This document shows positions 1-9,631 of a stretch of 64,000 bases of DNA, one piece after another. Made by a program: the position numbers and the translations under genes. The stretch lies in the NCBI GenBank assembly GCA_963663545.1, contig OY760505.1, positions 1,792,001 to 1,856,000 of the forward strand. Reading direction: 5' to 3'. The notes beneath the pieces were generated by a model. It did no database searches. It was not told where the DNA came from and saw only the letters and a program-made list of their open reading frames with translations. Each line of letters starts with the position of its first letter. The first letter of the stretch is position 1. The DNA comes from Candidatus Delongbacteria bacterium. Its GTDB lineage: Bacteria > CAIWAD01.

Positions 1-2242
1 CACCACCATACGACCAGACGTTATCTGCTTTCGAAAATGGACTGTAGCGCAGGCGCACTTCAGCACCGGCCAGACCCGTTCGCGAATCTACGGGCACTGG
101 ATATGCAGGATCCAGATCCTCAAGCAAGTCCTCACGGGATTGGATCTTGCTGTCCCAGATGCCAGCCCCGAAGGTTAAAACACCCGAAAAATGCGGGAAG
201 GCGCTAAGATCCAAACGGCGCGACAGACCGAGTTGGATCGCATTGGAAATCTCCCACATCGCCTGCCCGTCGTATACGCGCACCGCGACATCGCTTTGGT
301 AACTGGTCGCCAGTACGATATCCCAGTCTGTCATGCGATTGATCAGGATGAGATAGGCACCAGATTCGTCCTCATCCTCATGGCTGTAGGCGGCCGCAGC
401 CATGACATCGTCCAAAGCCAGTGCATCGGAAAACATCACCATGCCAAAGGCACCACCCGGATAAGGAAGCGCCATCCAGGTTTGCATGCGCATGCGCCAC
501 CAGCGATATGAGTAAGAAGGCGACAACTCTACCGGTGCATCGGGATTCACCGCAGGGCACTCGATGTCCGGCATTTTCGCGCGCCACTCCTCGAAACGGC
601 TGCGGTAGTTCAACTGCACGCGTTCTGTGACACGATCCTCTTCCACAAGTAGCAAACGATCGTGGTCGGCTGAATCGGCAGCAAGGGCAACAAACCGCCC
701 GGATAGTGGAGCTGCCGTGCAGATGGCCATCATGTCTTCGCCCGAATCCGTGATACGAGTCTCATCCTCATCGCTTAGGCAGTAGCTGAATAGATTGGCC
801 ACGCCATCGCGTGTACTCGTATACACGAGCGTGCTGTCGTTGGTCCACAAAGGATAACGGTCTGCATCTTCGGTGGAAGGATCCACCAGCATCGTTTGTC
901 CACTCTGAAACTTCAGCAGCTTCAATCCGCGCAATCCGTTCTCGTCGTGAGTCGAGAAGGCCACCCATTCTCCATTGGGCGAAATCACCGGCGAAAAGAG
1001 CTCCTCGTGTCGCACGGCGTGATACACAACAGATTCCGGACTGCCATCGCGACGCAACTCAACGCCGTCCTCCTCGGAGATGTAGTACAGGCTTCCATCG
1101 GAACCATAAACAGGATCGTAGGCGCGCGCGCCGTGTGTCACCCGCCGCTCTGAATCTGTAGACAGGACAAGCTCATGCAAGTCGTATTCAATGGCCGCGT
1201 GTCGATTACGGTGTCTGCGCGCAAATGCGACACGATCACCATCGGGGGAAAGGGCAAACCGACGGTGTAGAGGTCCCGCCGCAAGTCGTGATACATGCTT
1301 TGTGCTATCGGTGCTAATACGATAGAGCGCCAACTCGAAATCCGATTTGTAGCGGCGGCCAGTTGCCAACCAAGCGCTTGAATCCGGCAATAGTCTCATC
1401 CAGGAGACGCGATAGAGTGGAAGATTGAAACGCTGACCGATTTCGCTCACTTCCTCGCGCAAGGCCAAATCTGCGTTGTAGCGCGCCTCCATGACCCGCT
1501 TCCATTCGTTCTCGAACTCTGCAGGCGTCTGGCCGGTTACTTTCTTGAAGGCTGAGGGAAAGCTGTAGTTGTTCGTAAACTTGTTCCGCCAGGAGCAAAT
1601 CTTCACCAAAGTAGAATCGCCATCGCGCCAGGCCAGGTAAAGCACCATCGGCAAGCCCTTGTCGTGAGCCTCCATGGAACTCAGCTCGTTCTCTAATGCC
1701 GCCTGTCGCAGATCACGCTCGCTGCGCAGTGTGTTCCATCGCTCGGTGTAATACTCGGCGAGACCCTCCATCCACCAGCCCGGAATCTCGGCAAACAGGA
1801 TCATGCCCAGTGTGCCGGACCAATCCCTCATGGCAGAAAAAGCCACGATGTGCTGAAACTCGTGGGCGATTACCGTGCGCAGCCACTCATGCTGCATATC
1901 AAACATCTCTGCCGACAGGTTCTGGCGAACAAAAATGCGAATGCTGCCGTCGGGAATGGCCGCACCGTTTACGAACTGATCGCTGTCGCTGATGGCCAGA
2001 TGTGTGCGGCGCTTTGGCTCGTGCTGAAGCTGCTGTGTCACGGGACCGTAAATCTGCTCGGCAACACTAGCTGTCTCTCGGGCCAACTCTTCGAGAGGGG
2101 TCGGATAGTGGATGTAAAAGTGCTCGCTCTCCATTGTTTTCCACTCCAGCTCGCCATGATTGGATTGGGTAAACAATTGAAAACGGGCCAGACCCGGCAA
2201 GGTTGTCAACAGAATCAACAGGCTCAGCAGCAATGCGCGCAT
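1..2242 (-). CDS. Secreted peptidase MA-like (gluzincin) + TolB/PD40-like beta-propeller protein, probably with a C-terminal outer-membrane domain; 3' end runs off the window
   Basis: Absent from the ORF track because it is truncated. My translation from ATG 2242 (SD GAGGTG) is open to base 1: signal peptide MRALLLSLLILLTTLPGLA, WKTMESEHFYIHY, HEFQH zinc motif, IPGWWMEGLAEY, then SPDGDRVAF / SPNGEWVAF propeller repeats. Confidence 0.8.
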   Translation of the reverse strand, partial: MRALLLSLLILLTTLPGLARFQLFTQSNHGELEWKTMESEHFYIHYPTPLEELARETASVAEQIYGPVTQQLQHEPKRRTHLAISDSDQFVNGAAIPDGSIRIFVRQNLSAEMFDMQHEWLRTVIAHEFQHIVAFSAMRDWSGTLGMILFAEIPGWWMEGLAEYYTERWNTLRSERDLRQAALENELSSMEAHDKGLPMVLYLAWRDGDSTLVKICSWRNKFTNNYSFPSAFKKVTGQTPAEFENEWKRVMEARYNADLALREEVSEIGQRFNLPLYRVSWMRLLPDSSAWLATGRRYKSDFELALYRISTDSTKHVSRLAAGPLHRRFALSPDGDRVAFARRHRNRHAAIEYDLHELVLSTDSERRVTHGARAYDPVYGSDGSLYYISEEDGVELRRDGSPESVVYHAVRHEELFSPVISPNGEWVAFSTHDENGLRGLKLLKFQSGQTMLVDPSTEDADRYPLWTNDSTLVYTSTRDGVANLFSYCLSDEDETRITDSGEDMMAICTAAPLSGRFVALAADSADHDRLLLVEEDRVTERVQLNYRSRFEEWRAKMPDIECPAVNPDAPVELSPSYSYRWWRMRMQTWMALPYPGGAFGMVMFSDALALDDVMAAAAYSHEDEDESGAYLILINRMTDWDIVLATSYQSDVAVRVYDGQAMWEISNAIQLGLSRRLDLSAFPHFSGVLTFGAGIWDSKIQSREDLLEDLDPAYPVPVDSRTGLAGAEVRLRYSPFSKADNVWSYGG

Positions 2243-2349
2243 GGTTCACCTCATGTTTGGTGTCAACAAGAAAGCCAAGTCCAAGCGGAATTCCACGGAA
2301 TTCACCTCTCCGGCGTCAAAGGCCGTCGCCGGTGTCAGCTCTAGTTGAC

Positions 2350-2378
2350 AAAAAAGGCGGAACTTCACGATCCGCCTT
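2350..2378 (-). terminator. Intrinsic terminator after ptb
   Basis: AAGGCGGA...TCCGCCTT hairpin followed by T6 on the minus strand. Confidence 0.65.
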
Positions 2379-2398
2379 GATCATCGGCTGTAGCCAGT

Positions 2399-3295
2399 TC
2401 AGGAAATGGCCGCGGCTAGCGCGACAGAATACAGCTTGGACTGGTCATCGTCGGCGCGACTGGTCAGTACTACAGGAGCCGCCGCACCCGCAATGATGGC
2501 GCCGCTCTTTCCGCTGGCCAGATAGATGCACGTTTTATAAAGCACGTTGGCCATATCGATATCGTGAGCCAACAGGATGTCGGCATCACCGGCGACATCG
2601 CTCACAATGCCCTTGATGCGGGCAGCTTCCTTTGATACCGCGTTGTCCAAAGCCAAGGGCCCGTCCACCAGACATTTGCCCAGCTGACCACGGCGGCACA
2701 TCTGCGTCAACACAGCGGCGTCCATTGTCGCAGGCATGGCAGGGTTGACCTTCTCGACGGCGCCAAGCACAGCCACCTTCGGTAGATCGACACCCAACTT
2801 CTGCATGTAGCGAACGGCACTGCGAAGGATGGAAATCTTGGTCTCCAGATCGGGTTCGATGTTCATCGCCGCATCCGTAACAATGAAAAGTTTGTGATAC
2901 GTGGGCAGTTCGAACAATGCGAGGTGATTCAGCACTTCACCTGTGCGCAGACCGTAGTCCTTGTTCAGGATGTGCTTCAAGTAGGCGCCAGAACTCACCA
3001 GTCCCTTCATCAGGATCTGGCAGCTTCCATCGTGCACCGCGGTTACTGCAGCACGAGTGGCGTCACTATCATCGGCGATGTGTACCAGCTCCACCTTGCA
3101 CAGATCGAGTCCAACTTTTTCAGCGATCTCGCGGATGCGTGCTTCGTCACCAAAGAGGGTGAAATCGGCAATGCCTTGTTCGATGGCCTGACGAGCCGCA
3201 CTCAGTACACCGTCATCCTGCGCTACTGCTACCGCCACTCGCCGTTTGTTGCCCTTGCGCGCCAGTTCGATCACATCGGATAGCTTGCGAATCAT
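2399..3295 (-). CDS. ptb: Phosphate butyryltransferase
   Basis: ILMKGLV, VTDAAMNIEP, VDGPLALDNAVS, PVVLTSRAD motifs; next to buk; start moved to MIRKL with SD AGAGGA. Confidence 0.9.
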   Translation of the reverse strand: MIRKLSDVIELARKGNKRRVAVAVAQDDGVLSAARQAIEQGIADFTLFGDEARIREIAEKVGLDLCKVELVHIADDSDATRAAVTAVHDGSCQILMKGLVSSGAYLKHILNKDYGLRTGEVLNHLALFELPTYHKLFIVTDAAMNIEPDLETKISILRSAVRYMQKLGVDLPKVAVLGAVEKVNPAMPATMDAAVLTQMCRRGQLGKCLVDGPLALDNAVSKEAARIKGIVSDVAGDADILLAHDIDMANVLYKTCIYLASGKSGAIIAGAAAPVVLTSRADDDQSKLYSVALAAAIS

Positions 3296-3358
3296 TTCGT
3301 CCTCTTCTCTTCGCAACTGTGCCGCCTAAAACGGGGCACCGTCTTGTATCGTCTCAGC

Positions 3359-4432
3359 CTATTCGTACAGGCTGGCCTCTTCGTCACCTCGCAACACACG
3401 CAATGCGCCGTCGCGCAGAGCGGGCATTTCTTCCTCGCCGGGATACACAAGCACCGGAGCGATGAAGCCCACACGCTCCTTGATCCAAACCGGAATGTAT
3501 TTGTCGTAGGCAATGCCGCCGGTAATCACGATCGCGTCCACCTTGCCGCAGGCTACCGTTGCCAAAGCCCCGATCTCCTTGGCTACCTGATACGCCAGCG
3601 CCTTGAAAATCAGCGTAGCTTCAGCGTCGCCCTGCTCAACCTGCGCTTCGACCAAGCGGGCATCATTGGTCCCCAGGTAGGCGACCAATCCACCGGCGCC
3701 TTTGATCTGACGCTTGATCTCGTCGTGCGTGTATTTCCCTGAGAAGCACAACTTGGCAATGCCGCCCACGGGCACACCACCGGAGCGCTCCGGCGAGAAG
3801 GGGCCGTCACCGTCGAGAGCATTGTTCACATCCACCACGCGTCCACCAAGATGGATGCCCACGGAAACCCCGCCCCCCAGATGCGCGACAATCAGCGTCA
3901 AGTCCTTGTAGTCCTTGCCCAGCTCACGTGAAGCGTGACGCGCCACAGCCTTCTGGTTAAGCGCATGGAAAACACTGGCGCGCGGCAAGAGCGGATTGCC
4001 GGAGATCCGGGCGACATCGTCCAATTCGTCGACAACGACAGGGTCGACGATGTAGGCCTTGCAGCCTGCACTTTCGGCAATGGCAGATGCGATCAGCCCA
4101 CCCAGATTGCTAGCGTGCTCGCCGAACCTGGCGCTCTGCAACTCGTCCTTCATGGCCTCATTCACGAGCCATGTGCCTCCGGGAATCGGCTTCAACATGC
4201 CGCCACGGCCAACAACGGCAGACAAGCTCGCGGTATCGATACCGTGCTTCGCTAGATCGTCAAGAATGATTGTGCGGCGAAAGTCATACTGGTCGATCAA
4301 GCGCTTGAAGGGTGCCAACTCTTCTGCCGTATGCGAGTAGCTTTTGCCAAAGACCAGCTCCTCGTTTTCGTAGAGGGCAACCTTGGTTGATGTGGATCCG
4401 GGATTGATCGTCAACACTTTGTAGACGGTCAT
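3359..4432 (-). CDS. buk: Butyrate kinase
   Basis: INPGSTSTK, GRGG, HASNLG, HALNQKAVA, GPFSPERSG, YPGEEEM; start MTVYK with SD AAAGGA. Confidence 0.95.
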   Translation of the reverse strand: MTVYKVLTINPGSTSTKVALYENEELVFGKSYSHTAEELAPFKRLIDQYDFRRTIILDDLAKHGIDTASLSAVVGRGGMLKPIPGGTWLVNEAMKDELQSARFGEHASNLGGLIASAIAESAGCKAYIVDPVVVDELDDVARISGNPLLPRASVFHALNQKAVARHASRELGKDYKDLTLIVAHLGGGVSVGIHLGGRVVDVNNALDGDGPFSPERSGGVPVGGIAKLCFSGKYTHDEIKRQIKGAGGLVAYLGTNDARLVEAQVEQGDAEATLIFKALAYQVAKEIGALATVACGKVDAIVITGGIAYDKYIPVWIKERVGFIAPVLVYPGEEEMPALRDGALRVLRGDEEASLYE

Positions 4433-4527
4433 GCTATCTATCCTTTCTGTTGTTCCAGACAAAAAGGTAACACTCCCGCTGAAGGGAGCAGGTGTACCCA
4501 TACGACGTTCCCAGGCAGAGCGATGTA

Positions 4528-6102
4528 TTACACAGGCTTGCCGCGCGAAAGTCCGCGATGCTCGCTGCGCAACAGATCAAAGACGGTTTTCACGGGCGTA
4601 AAAGTTTCAAGGGGCACTTCAACAAATACCGTGTTCCAACCCGCCATGGCGCCATTCCACAAACCGGGCAGTTCAAGGGTTCGTACAACGCGCCCGCGCC
4701 AGGGTCGAGTTTGCACCAGCCCGGAATCGTGATCCACGTATCGCTGCAGTTCGTACAAATCGCCCAGATGATCGCGCAACCCACAAACCAGATCCACCGG
4801 ATTGAAATAGGTCGCCTGCGAAAGAAGGCGATCGCGATCCTCCTGCTGGATTTGATTCAGTTCAACAATCTGCAGAGAAGGCAGACCATTTGTATCACGG
4901 ACCCAGAAGGGGCCACCACCCGGCTCTCCCTCGTTACGAACCATGCCACAAACCCGCAACGGCCGATGCAAGGCTTCGGTCAACAAGACACGTTGCTCGT
5001 TTGTATCACGCTTATCGAAATCTTCAGGCAAATACCGATTGAGCTGTGCGCGGCAGAAATCGGCCACAGCCGCATACTGTGACACAGGAAGACTGCCGTC
5101 TCCAAGCTGGTACAGAAAGGCAAACACTTGCTCCTGCAGCTCCAGCAAAAGTCCGCAAAGGAGCTTCTTGTATACTGTGGTCGTCTCTTTGTAGCAGTCG
5201 GGGGCGACGTTGTCGATGTTCTTGATGTAGAGGATGTCCGCCTTGAGTGCCTGCATGTTAGCCAGCAGCGCACCATGGCCACCCGGGCGAAACACGAGTT
5301 CGCCGGCATCATCGCGCAAGGGGGATCCATCCAAATTCGCCGCCAGAGTTTCGCTGCGCTGATCCTGCAGCGAATACGTGATACTCACACGTCGTCCGAA
5401 GTGATACAAACGCGTGCGTGCAGCGTCGGCGGCCAACCGGAAAACGCTCTCCTGTTGCGGCACCAGCGTGAAATGGATATGCCCACAGCCCGTGTTGTCA
5501 GCGGCGTAGAGCAGCGTCTCGATGAGCTGCTCTTCCATGGGCGTTCGTACTTCTCCATCAACCCTGTGGAAGGGGATCAAGCCCTTTGGCAAAGCCGCAA
5601 AATTCAACCCCTCAGGTTCCAGCAACAGACGCAGGAGTTCATGCACGCGACCCTCTTCACGCAGCTCGATCAAACTGGAATTGCAATCAGCACAGGCACC
5701 GATCATCGCACCGTGAAAGGCAAAATCCTCCAGCCGCTCAAGGAAAAGCCGCACCCGTTCCGCATCGTGATTGCCAGCTGCGGCCAAGGCGTCCAGCTCC
5801 TCCCAGGAGGAGCAAGGATGGTTGTGCAGAATATTGAGCAGCGACTGAAACATGCGGGATGCCGCTCCCGACGCTGGCACGAGCTTACTCAGACGATTCT
5901 CGCGCAAGGCGCGATGCCAGCGCGAGAGCAGGGGCGCGTGCTGCCAGGGCTCGATGAGCCGGATGCCATCGCCCAGGCCTGCGCTGCGTAACATGGGAAT
6001 CGCCCGTGTGCCGCGCTGAATCAGATCGAGCTGACGCTTGGCCTCTGTGTGGTCAATTCCGCGCTGCTGAAGGATGTAGCGGTCGTGGCTACTGAAATCC
6101 AT
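4528..6102 (-). CDS. DUF4301 family protein
   Basis: VPASGAASRMF, FRPGGHGALL, IKNIDNV, RVCGMVRNEGEPGGGPFWV, FNPVDLVC, ELPGLWNGAMAGWNTVFVEVP signature; start MDFSS with SD GAGGG. Confidence 0.85.
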   Translation of the reverse strand: MDFSSHDRYILQQRGIDHTEAKRQLDLIQRGTRAIPMLRSAGLGDGIRLIEPWQHAPLLSRWHRALRENRLSKLVPASGAASRMFQSLLNILHNHPCSSWEELDALAAAGNHDAERVRLFLERLEDFAFHGAMIGACADCNSSLIELREEGRVHELLRLLLEPEGLNFAALPKGLIPFHRVDGEVRTPMEEQLIETLLYAADNTGCGHIHFTLVPQQESVFRLAADAARTRLYHFGRRVSITYSLQDQRSETLAANLDGSPLRDDAGELVFRPGGHGALLANMQALKADILYIKNIDNVAPDCYKETTTVYKKLLCGLLLELQEQVFAFLYQLGDGSLPVSQYAAVADFCRAQLNRYLPEDFDKRDTNEQRVLLTEALHRPLRVCGMVRNEGEPGGGPFWVRDTNGLPSLQIVELNQIQQEDRDRLLSQATYFNPVDLVCGLRDHLGDLYELQRYVDHDSGLVQTRPWRGRVVRTLELPGLWNGAMAGWNTVFVEVPLETFTPVKTVFDLLRSEHRGLSRGKPV

Positions 6103-6289
6103 GAAATGCGTACCCTCATAATTTGCTTCCAAGGTCGGAAAATGCTCTTGCACTGCCGAACATTTCACTGTTGTGATACATGGTTTTCAAAATTCTGATA
6201 CGGATCAAAGCAGAAGAAAAGGTCAAATCGACACGTTTCATCACAATTGTCTTGTTATCTTGGCCGGACGAATCTCCGGGGGATACAGC

Positions 6290-8077
6290 GTGACCAGACA
6301 ACAGATTCGCCATTTGGCCGACCTGATAAGTTCACCGCGCCAGCGCATCACAAGCACATCTGTATTTCTGCTGCTAGCAGCGGTCTTCGCCACGCTGATC
6401 AGTCTGTTGTTTGCTTTCGAATTCTCCGAACTCAGAGAGGACAAGCTCGCCAGCTTGCAAGCCCAAATTGCCGAACGCGCAACCTCGCTGGAATCGACCC
6501 TGGCAGAACGCATCGACTATCTGGCGCGCCTGAACAATGAACTCAGTTATCGACTGCAGCATTCCCCGTTTACTCAAGACAAGATTGGCTTCGAGTGGTC
6601 CCCACAAGACAGTGTCTGGTCATTGCGCATCGCGGACGAGAGCGGCTGGCCGGTATTGCTGGCCAGCAAAAACGACCCTCGCAAGCTGGACGCGCAGGCC
6701 TCCCGGGAACTGACTGCGCTTGCTACCATGGCAAGCACTCTCCCTTTGCGTGATACAGGAACGGGTGATTTCGTCTGGACCTATTACATCTCGCTACACT
6801 CCTTTCTGCTCATGTATCCGGTTCACGACCTCACGCGGCTGAAGGATGAAGTGGGTATTGCTTCGCTACATGAAGCCTTTGCCCCCGGGGGCTTTGCTAC
6901 CCGCATTGTAGATCACGCACTGTTGGATACAGTTCAGGCAAGCACCAGCGCTTTCTGGAGTGGCGCATACTCCGATCGTGCGGGTCGCGGTTTGATGACA
7001 ACGGTCAAGCAGCGTCTCGTGGGAGAAGAAGGCTTTCGTGGAGTGCTCTGCGTTGATCTTCCATTGGACCAGCTTTCTCCGTTCACCAACTGGAGTGATA
7101 CAGGCCAGCTTCTCTTGGTCAACCAGCGTGACCAGCTTCTGGGACGGAACGGAGATCTGGCCTTCGTCAACGAACAACCGAGGATGCTGGAAGAGATACT
7201 TCCCCACCACGGGCGTTTGCCGAGTGGGACCAGCGAGGGAAATCCTCCCGTGATACAATTGGATGATGAGGGACACATTCGTATCACGGCTCCCATACAT
7301 TCTGCCCCTTTTCATCTGATTCTACTGATGGACTACAGTCGAATCAACTTGGGTGTGCTCAGCATGATGGGGCGTTACCCATTGGCACTGCTGCTCGGAC
7401 TCATCATCCTTGGTGTAGCCGGATTCGTGCTGCTACGCCTCGAACACAGACTGGCAGAACGAGCACAGCTCTTTCGCGCCCATTTTGACCTGTGCCCCGC
7501 CGGCATGGCGCTGCTTGATCCAACCCAAACCTGGCTCATGGTAAATGCCCGCTGCGAAGAAATGCTGGGATACACCGCTGCTGAATTGCGGCGTCGACGC
7601 TGGTGCGACATGCTCATTCCAGAGCAGCAAGAAGAATGCGAAGAGAACTTCCGTCAACTTGAGGTGGGGCGTGAGACACGTTTAACGGCTACTCGCCGTT
7701 TCGTGCGCGCCGATGGCAAGCAATTGCCGGTGGAAGTGGAAGTCTCTGTGATACGCGAGGCCTCCGGCAGTCCTGACTTGTATATCGTCTACCTGCAGGA
7801 TATAAGCCGAAAGCAACAATTGGAATCCGAGCACGAACGCACCATTGCTGAGTTACAGCGCTCTCTCGAGCGCTTGCGCACACTTCAAGGGCTGTTCCCC
7901 ATTTGTGTCACATGCAAAAAAATACGTGACGATGAAGGCTACTGGCACGCAGTTGAAGAGTACATTCAATCTCGCTCCGAGGCCGAATTCAGTCATGCCA
8001 TTTGCCCGGACTGCATGAAGAAGCTCTATCCGGACTTACTGGAAAACGGTGACACACAGGATTCGGAGCAAGCCTGA
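6290..8077 (+). CDS. Membrane sensor: TM-Cache-like-TM-PAS/PAC plus C-terminal CxxC/HxxCxxC domain
   Basis: Two TM segments, WTYY / WSGAYSD..G.GLMTT Cache-like motifs, PAS (VNARCEEMLGY...QDISRK), tail PICVTCKKIRDDEGYW...SHAICPDC; start at GTG 6290 is inferred. Confidence 0.75.
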   Translation: MTRQQIRHLADLISSPRQRITSTSVFLLLAAVFATLISLLFAFEFSELREDKLASLQAQIAERATSLESTLAERIDYLARLNNELSYRLQHSPFTQDKIGFEWSPQDSVWSLRIADESGWPVLLASKNDPRKLDAQASRELTALATMASTLPLRDTGTGDFVWTYYISLHSFLLMYPVHDLTRLKDEVGIASLHEAFAPGGFATRIVDHALLDTVQASTSAFWSGAYSDRAGRGLMTTVKQRLVGEEGFRGVLCVDLPLDQLSPFTNWSDTGQLLLVNQRDQLLGRNGDLAFVNEQPRMLEEILPHHGRLPSGTSEGNPPVIQLDDEGHIRITAPIHSAPFHLILLMDYSRINLGVLSMMGRYPLALLLGLIILGVAGFVLLRLEHRLAERAQLFRAHFDLCPAGMALLDPTQTWLMVNARCEEMLGYTAAELRRRRWCDMLIPEQQEECEENFRQLEVGRETRLTATRRFVRADGKQLPVEVEVSVIREASGSPDLYIVYLQDISRKQQLESEHERTIAELQRSLERLRTLQGLFPICVTCKKIRDDEGYWHAVEEYIQSRSEAEFSHAICPDCMKKLYPDLLENGDTQDSEQA

Positions 8078-8084
8078 AGCCGCA

Positions 8085-8288
8085 TCAATTGGTGAAGAAG
8101 TCGAAGATGTTTCCCAAGGTAGAAGTGTCGGCCTTGTAGAGTTCGCTGTAGTGGCAGCGCTTGCAGGATACAACGGTGAACTTCTTGTTCTGCACGTCAA
8201 AAATCTTGGCCAGCGGTCCACCAACCGTGCGAATCTCATCGGTCTCGTACTCATTGCATCCGCACTTCACACAAACCCAGCGTTCCAT
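8085..8288 (-). CDS. Zinc-ribbon domain small protein
   Basis: CVKC...KIFDVQNKKFTVVSCKRCHYSELY; strong SD GGAGGAGGA before ATG 8288. Confidence 0.85.
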   Translation of the reverse strand: MERWVCVKCGCNEYETDEIRTVGGPLAKIFDVQNKKFTVVSCKRCHYSELYKADTSTLGNIFDFFTN

Positions 8289-8336
8289 TCCTCCTCCTCC
8301 ACAACATTGAATCGTAGTCTGCACCAGCTCACGCAT

Positions 8337-9521
8337 TCAGTCTGCCTGTAGCACCAGGCCTTTCAGGTACTCGCCCTCAGGAAAAGAAAGCAGCGAGGGG
8401 TGATCAGGTCCTTGTGCCAACCGATGGATCACGCGCAATTCACGTCCCGCGTCGACGGCTGCGCTGGCAACGATCTTACGAAACAGCTCGGCATCTACCG
8501 CACCGGAGCAAGAGAAGGTTGCCAACAGACCGCCTGGCGTCAACAGCTCGCAGGCCAGCATGTTGATATCCTTGTATCCTCGTGCCGCGGACTGGACCTG
8601 TTGCTTACGCTCGGCAAACTTGGGCGGGTCCAACACAACCAGACCAAAGCGCTGCTTTGAATCACGCAGTCGACGCAGCAGAGCAAATACATCGTCTTGA
8701 AGAAACTCCGCCTGGATATCTGATGCCTGCAGCTCAAAATTCCGCTCGGCCAATTTGAGCGCGTCTGATGATTGATCGGCACTGAGCACGCTCAAAGCTC
8801 CGGCGGCTGCCGCGTGCAAGGTGAACCCTCCTGTGTAGCAGAAGCAGTTCAGCACGCGCAGCCCAGCCGCAAGCCGCCCTACGAGATGGCGATTGTCGGC
8901 TTGATCCAGATAGAAGCCGGTCTTGTGCCCGTGATACAAATCAACAACCAAAGGCACGCCGCGCTCATGAATCTGAACTTGCTGCGGTGGCGCTTCTCCA
9001 GCAATTACGCCTGTGCGTGGCGGCAGGCCCTCGCGCTTTCGTGCGCTCACTTCGCTACGCTCAAGCACTCCGCGACAACCCGTCAGCTCCATCAGCAAGT
9101 GTGCAATTGTATCACGGTGCCTCTCTGCGCCGGCTGTCGAGAACTGACAACTCAGCCAATCGCCGTAGCGATCGACAATCACACCAGGGAGGCCGTCTGC
9201 TTCCGCATGCAACAGACGTAAGGCTTCGCGAGTCTGCAGATCAGGATGTTGCGCCCGTCGCGCAATAGCTCGAGCGATTCGCGCTGCAAAGAAGGCATCG
9301 TCAATGCGCTCGTCTGCCTGAAAACTCCATACTCGTACGCGGATTTGCGATGCAGGACTGAAGGCGCCCACAGCCAGAGTTTCTCCCCGGGACGATAGTA
9401 CTAGTATTGTATCACCGGCCCGCGGATCGCCCGTGACACGCGCTATCGCTCCCGAGTAAATCCAGGGATGCCCACGCAACAGCGACTTCTCTTTTCCCGG
9501 TAGTAGGTAAACTTGCGCCAT
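8337..9521 (-). CDS. rlmI: 23S rRNA m5C1962-type SAM-dependent methyltransferase (RlmI family)
   Basis: PUA-like GHPWIYSG, EADGLPGVIVDRY, GHKTGFYLDQ, LNCFCYTGGF, LDPPKF, TFSCSG. Confidence 0.85.
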   Translation of the reverse strand: MAQVYLLPGKEKSLLRGHPWIYSGAIARVTGDPRAGDTILVLSSRGETLAVGAFSPASQIRVRVWSFQADERIDDAFFAARIARAIARRAQHPDLQTREALRLLHAEADGLPGVIVDRYGDWLSCQFSTAGAERHRDTIAHLLMELTGCRGVLERSEVSARKREGLPPRTGVIAGEAPPQQVQIHERGVPLVVDLYHGHKTGFYLDQADNRHLVGRLAAGLRVLNCFCYTGGFTLHAAAAGALSVLSADQSSDALKLAERNFELQASDIQAEFLQDDVFALLRRLRDSKQRFGLVVLDPPKFAERKQQVQSAARGYKDINMLACELLTPGGLLATFSCSGAVDAELFRKIVASAAVDAGRELRVIHRLAQGPDHPSLLSFPEGEYLKGLVLQAD

Positions 9522-9588
9522 CACGTCCTTCCCGACACCGCGCTCAATGGCTGTCGCGCTTATGTTCACAGCGGACCCCTTCAACACG

Positions 9589-9610
9589 AGACCCCGCCGC
9601 AGCGGGGTCT
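9589..9610 (-). terminator. Hairpin downstream of pckA
   Basis: AGACCCCGC-CGCA-GCGGGGTCT perfect stem; weak U tail. Confidence 0.5.
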
Positions 9611-9631
9611 ATTACAAATGTGATACAAATT

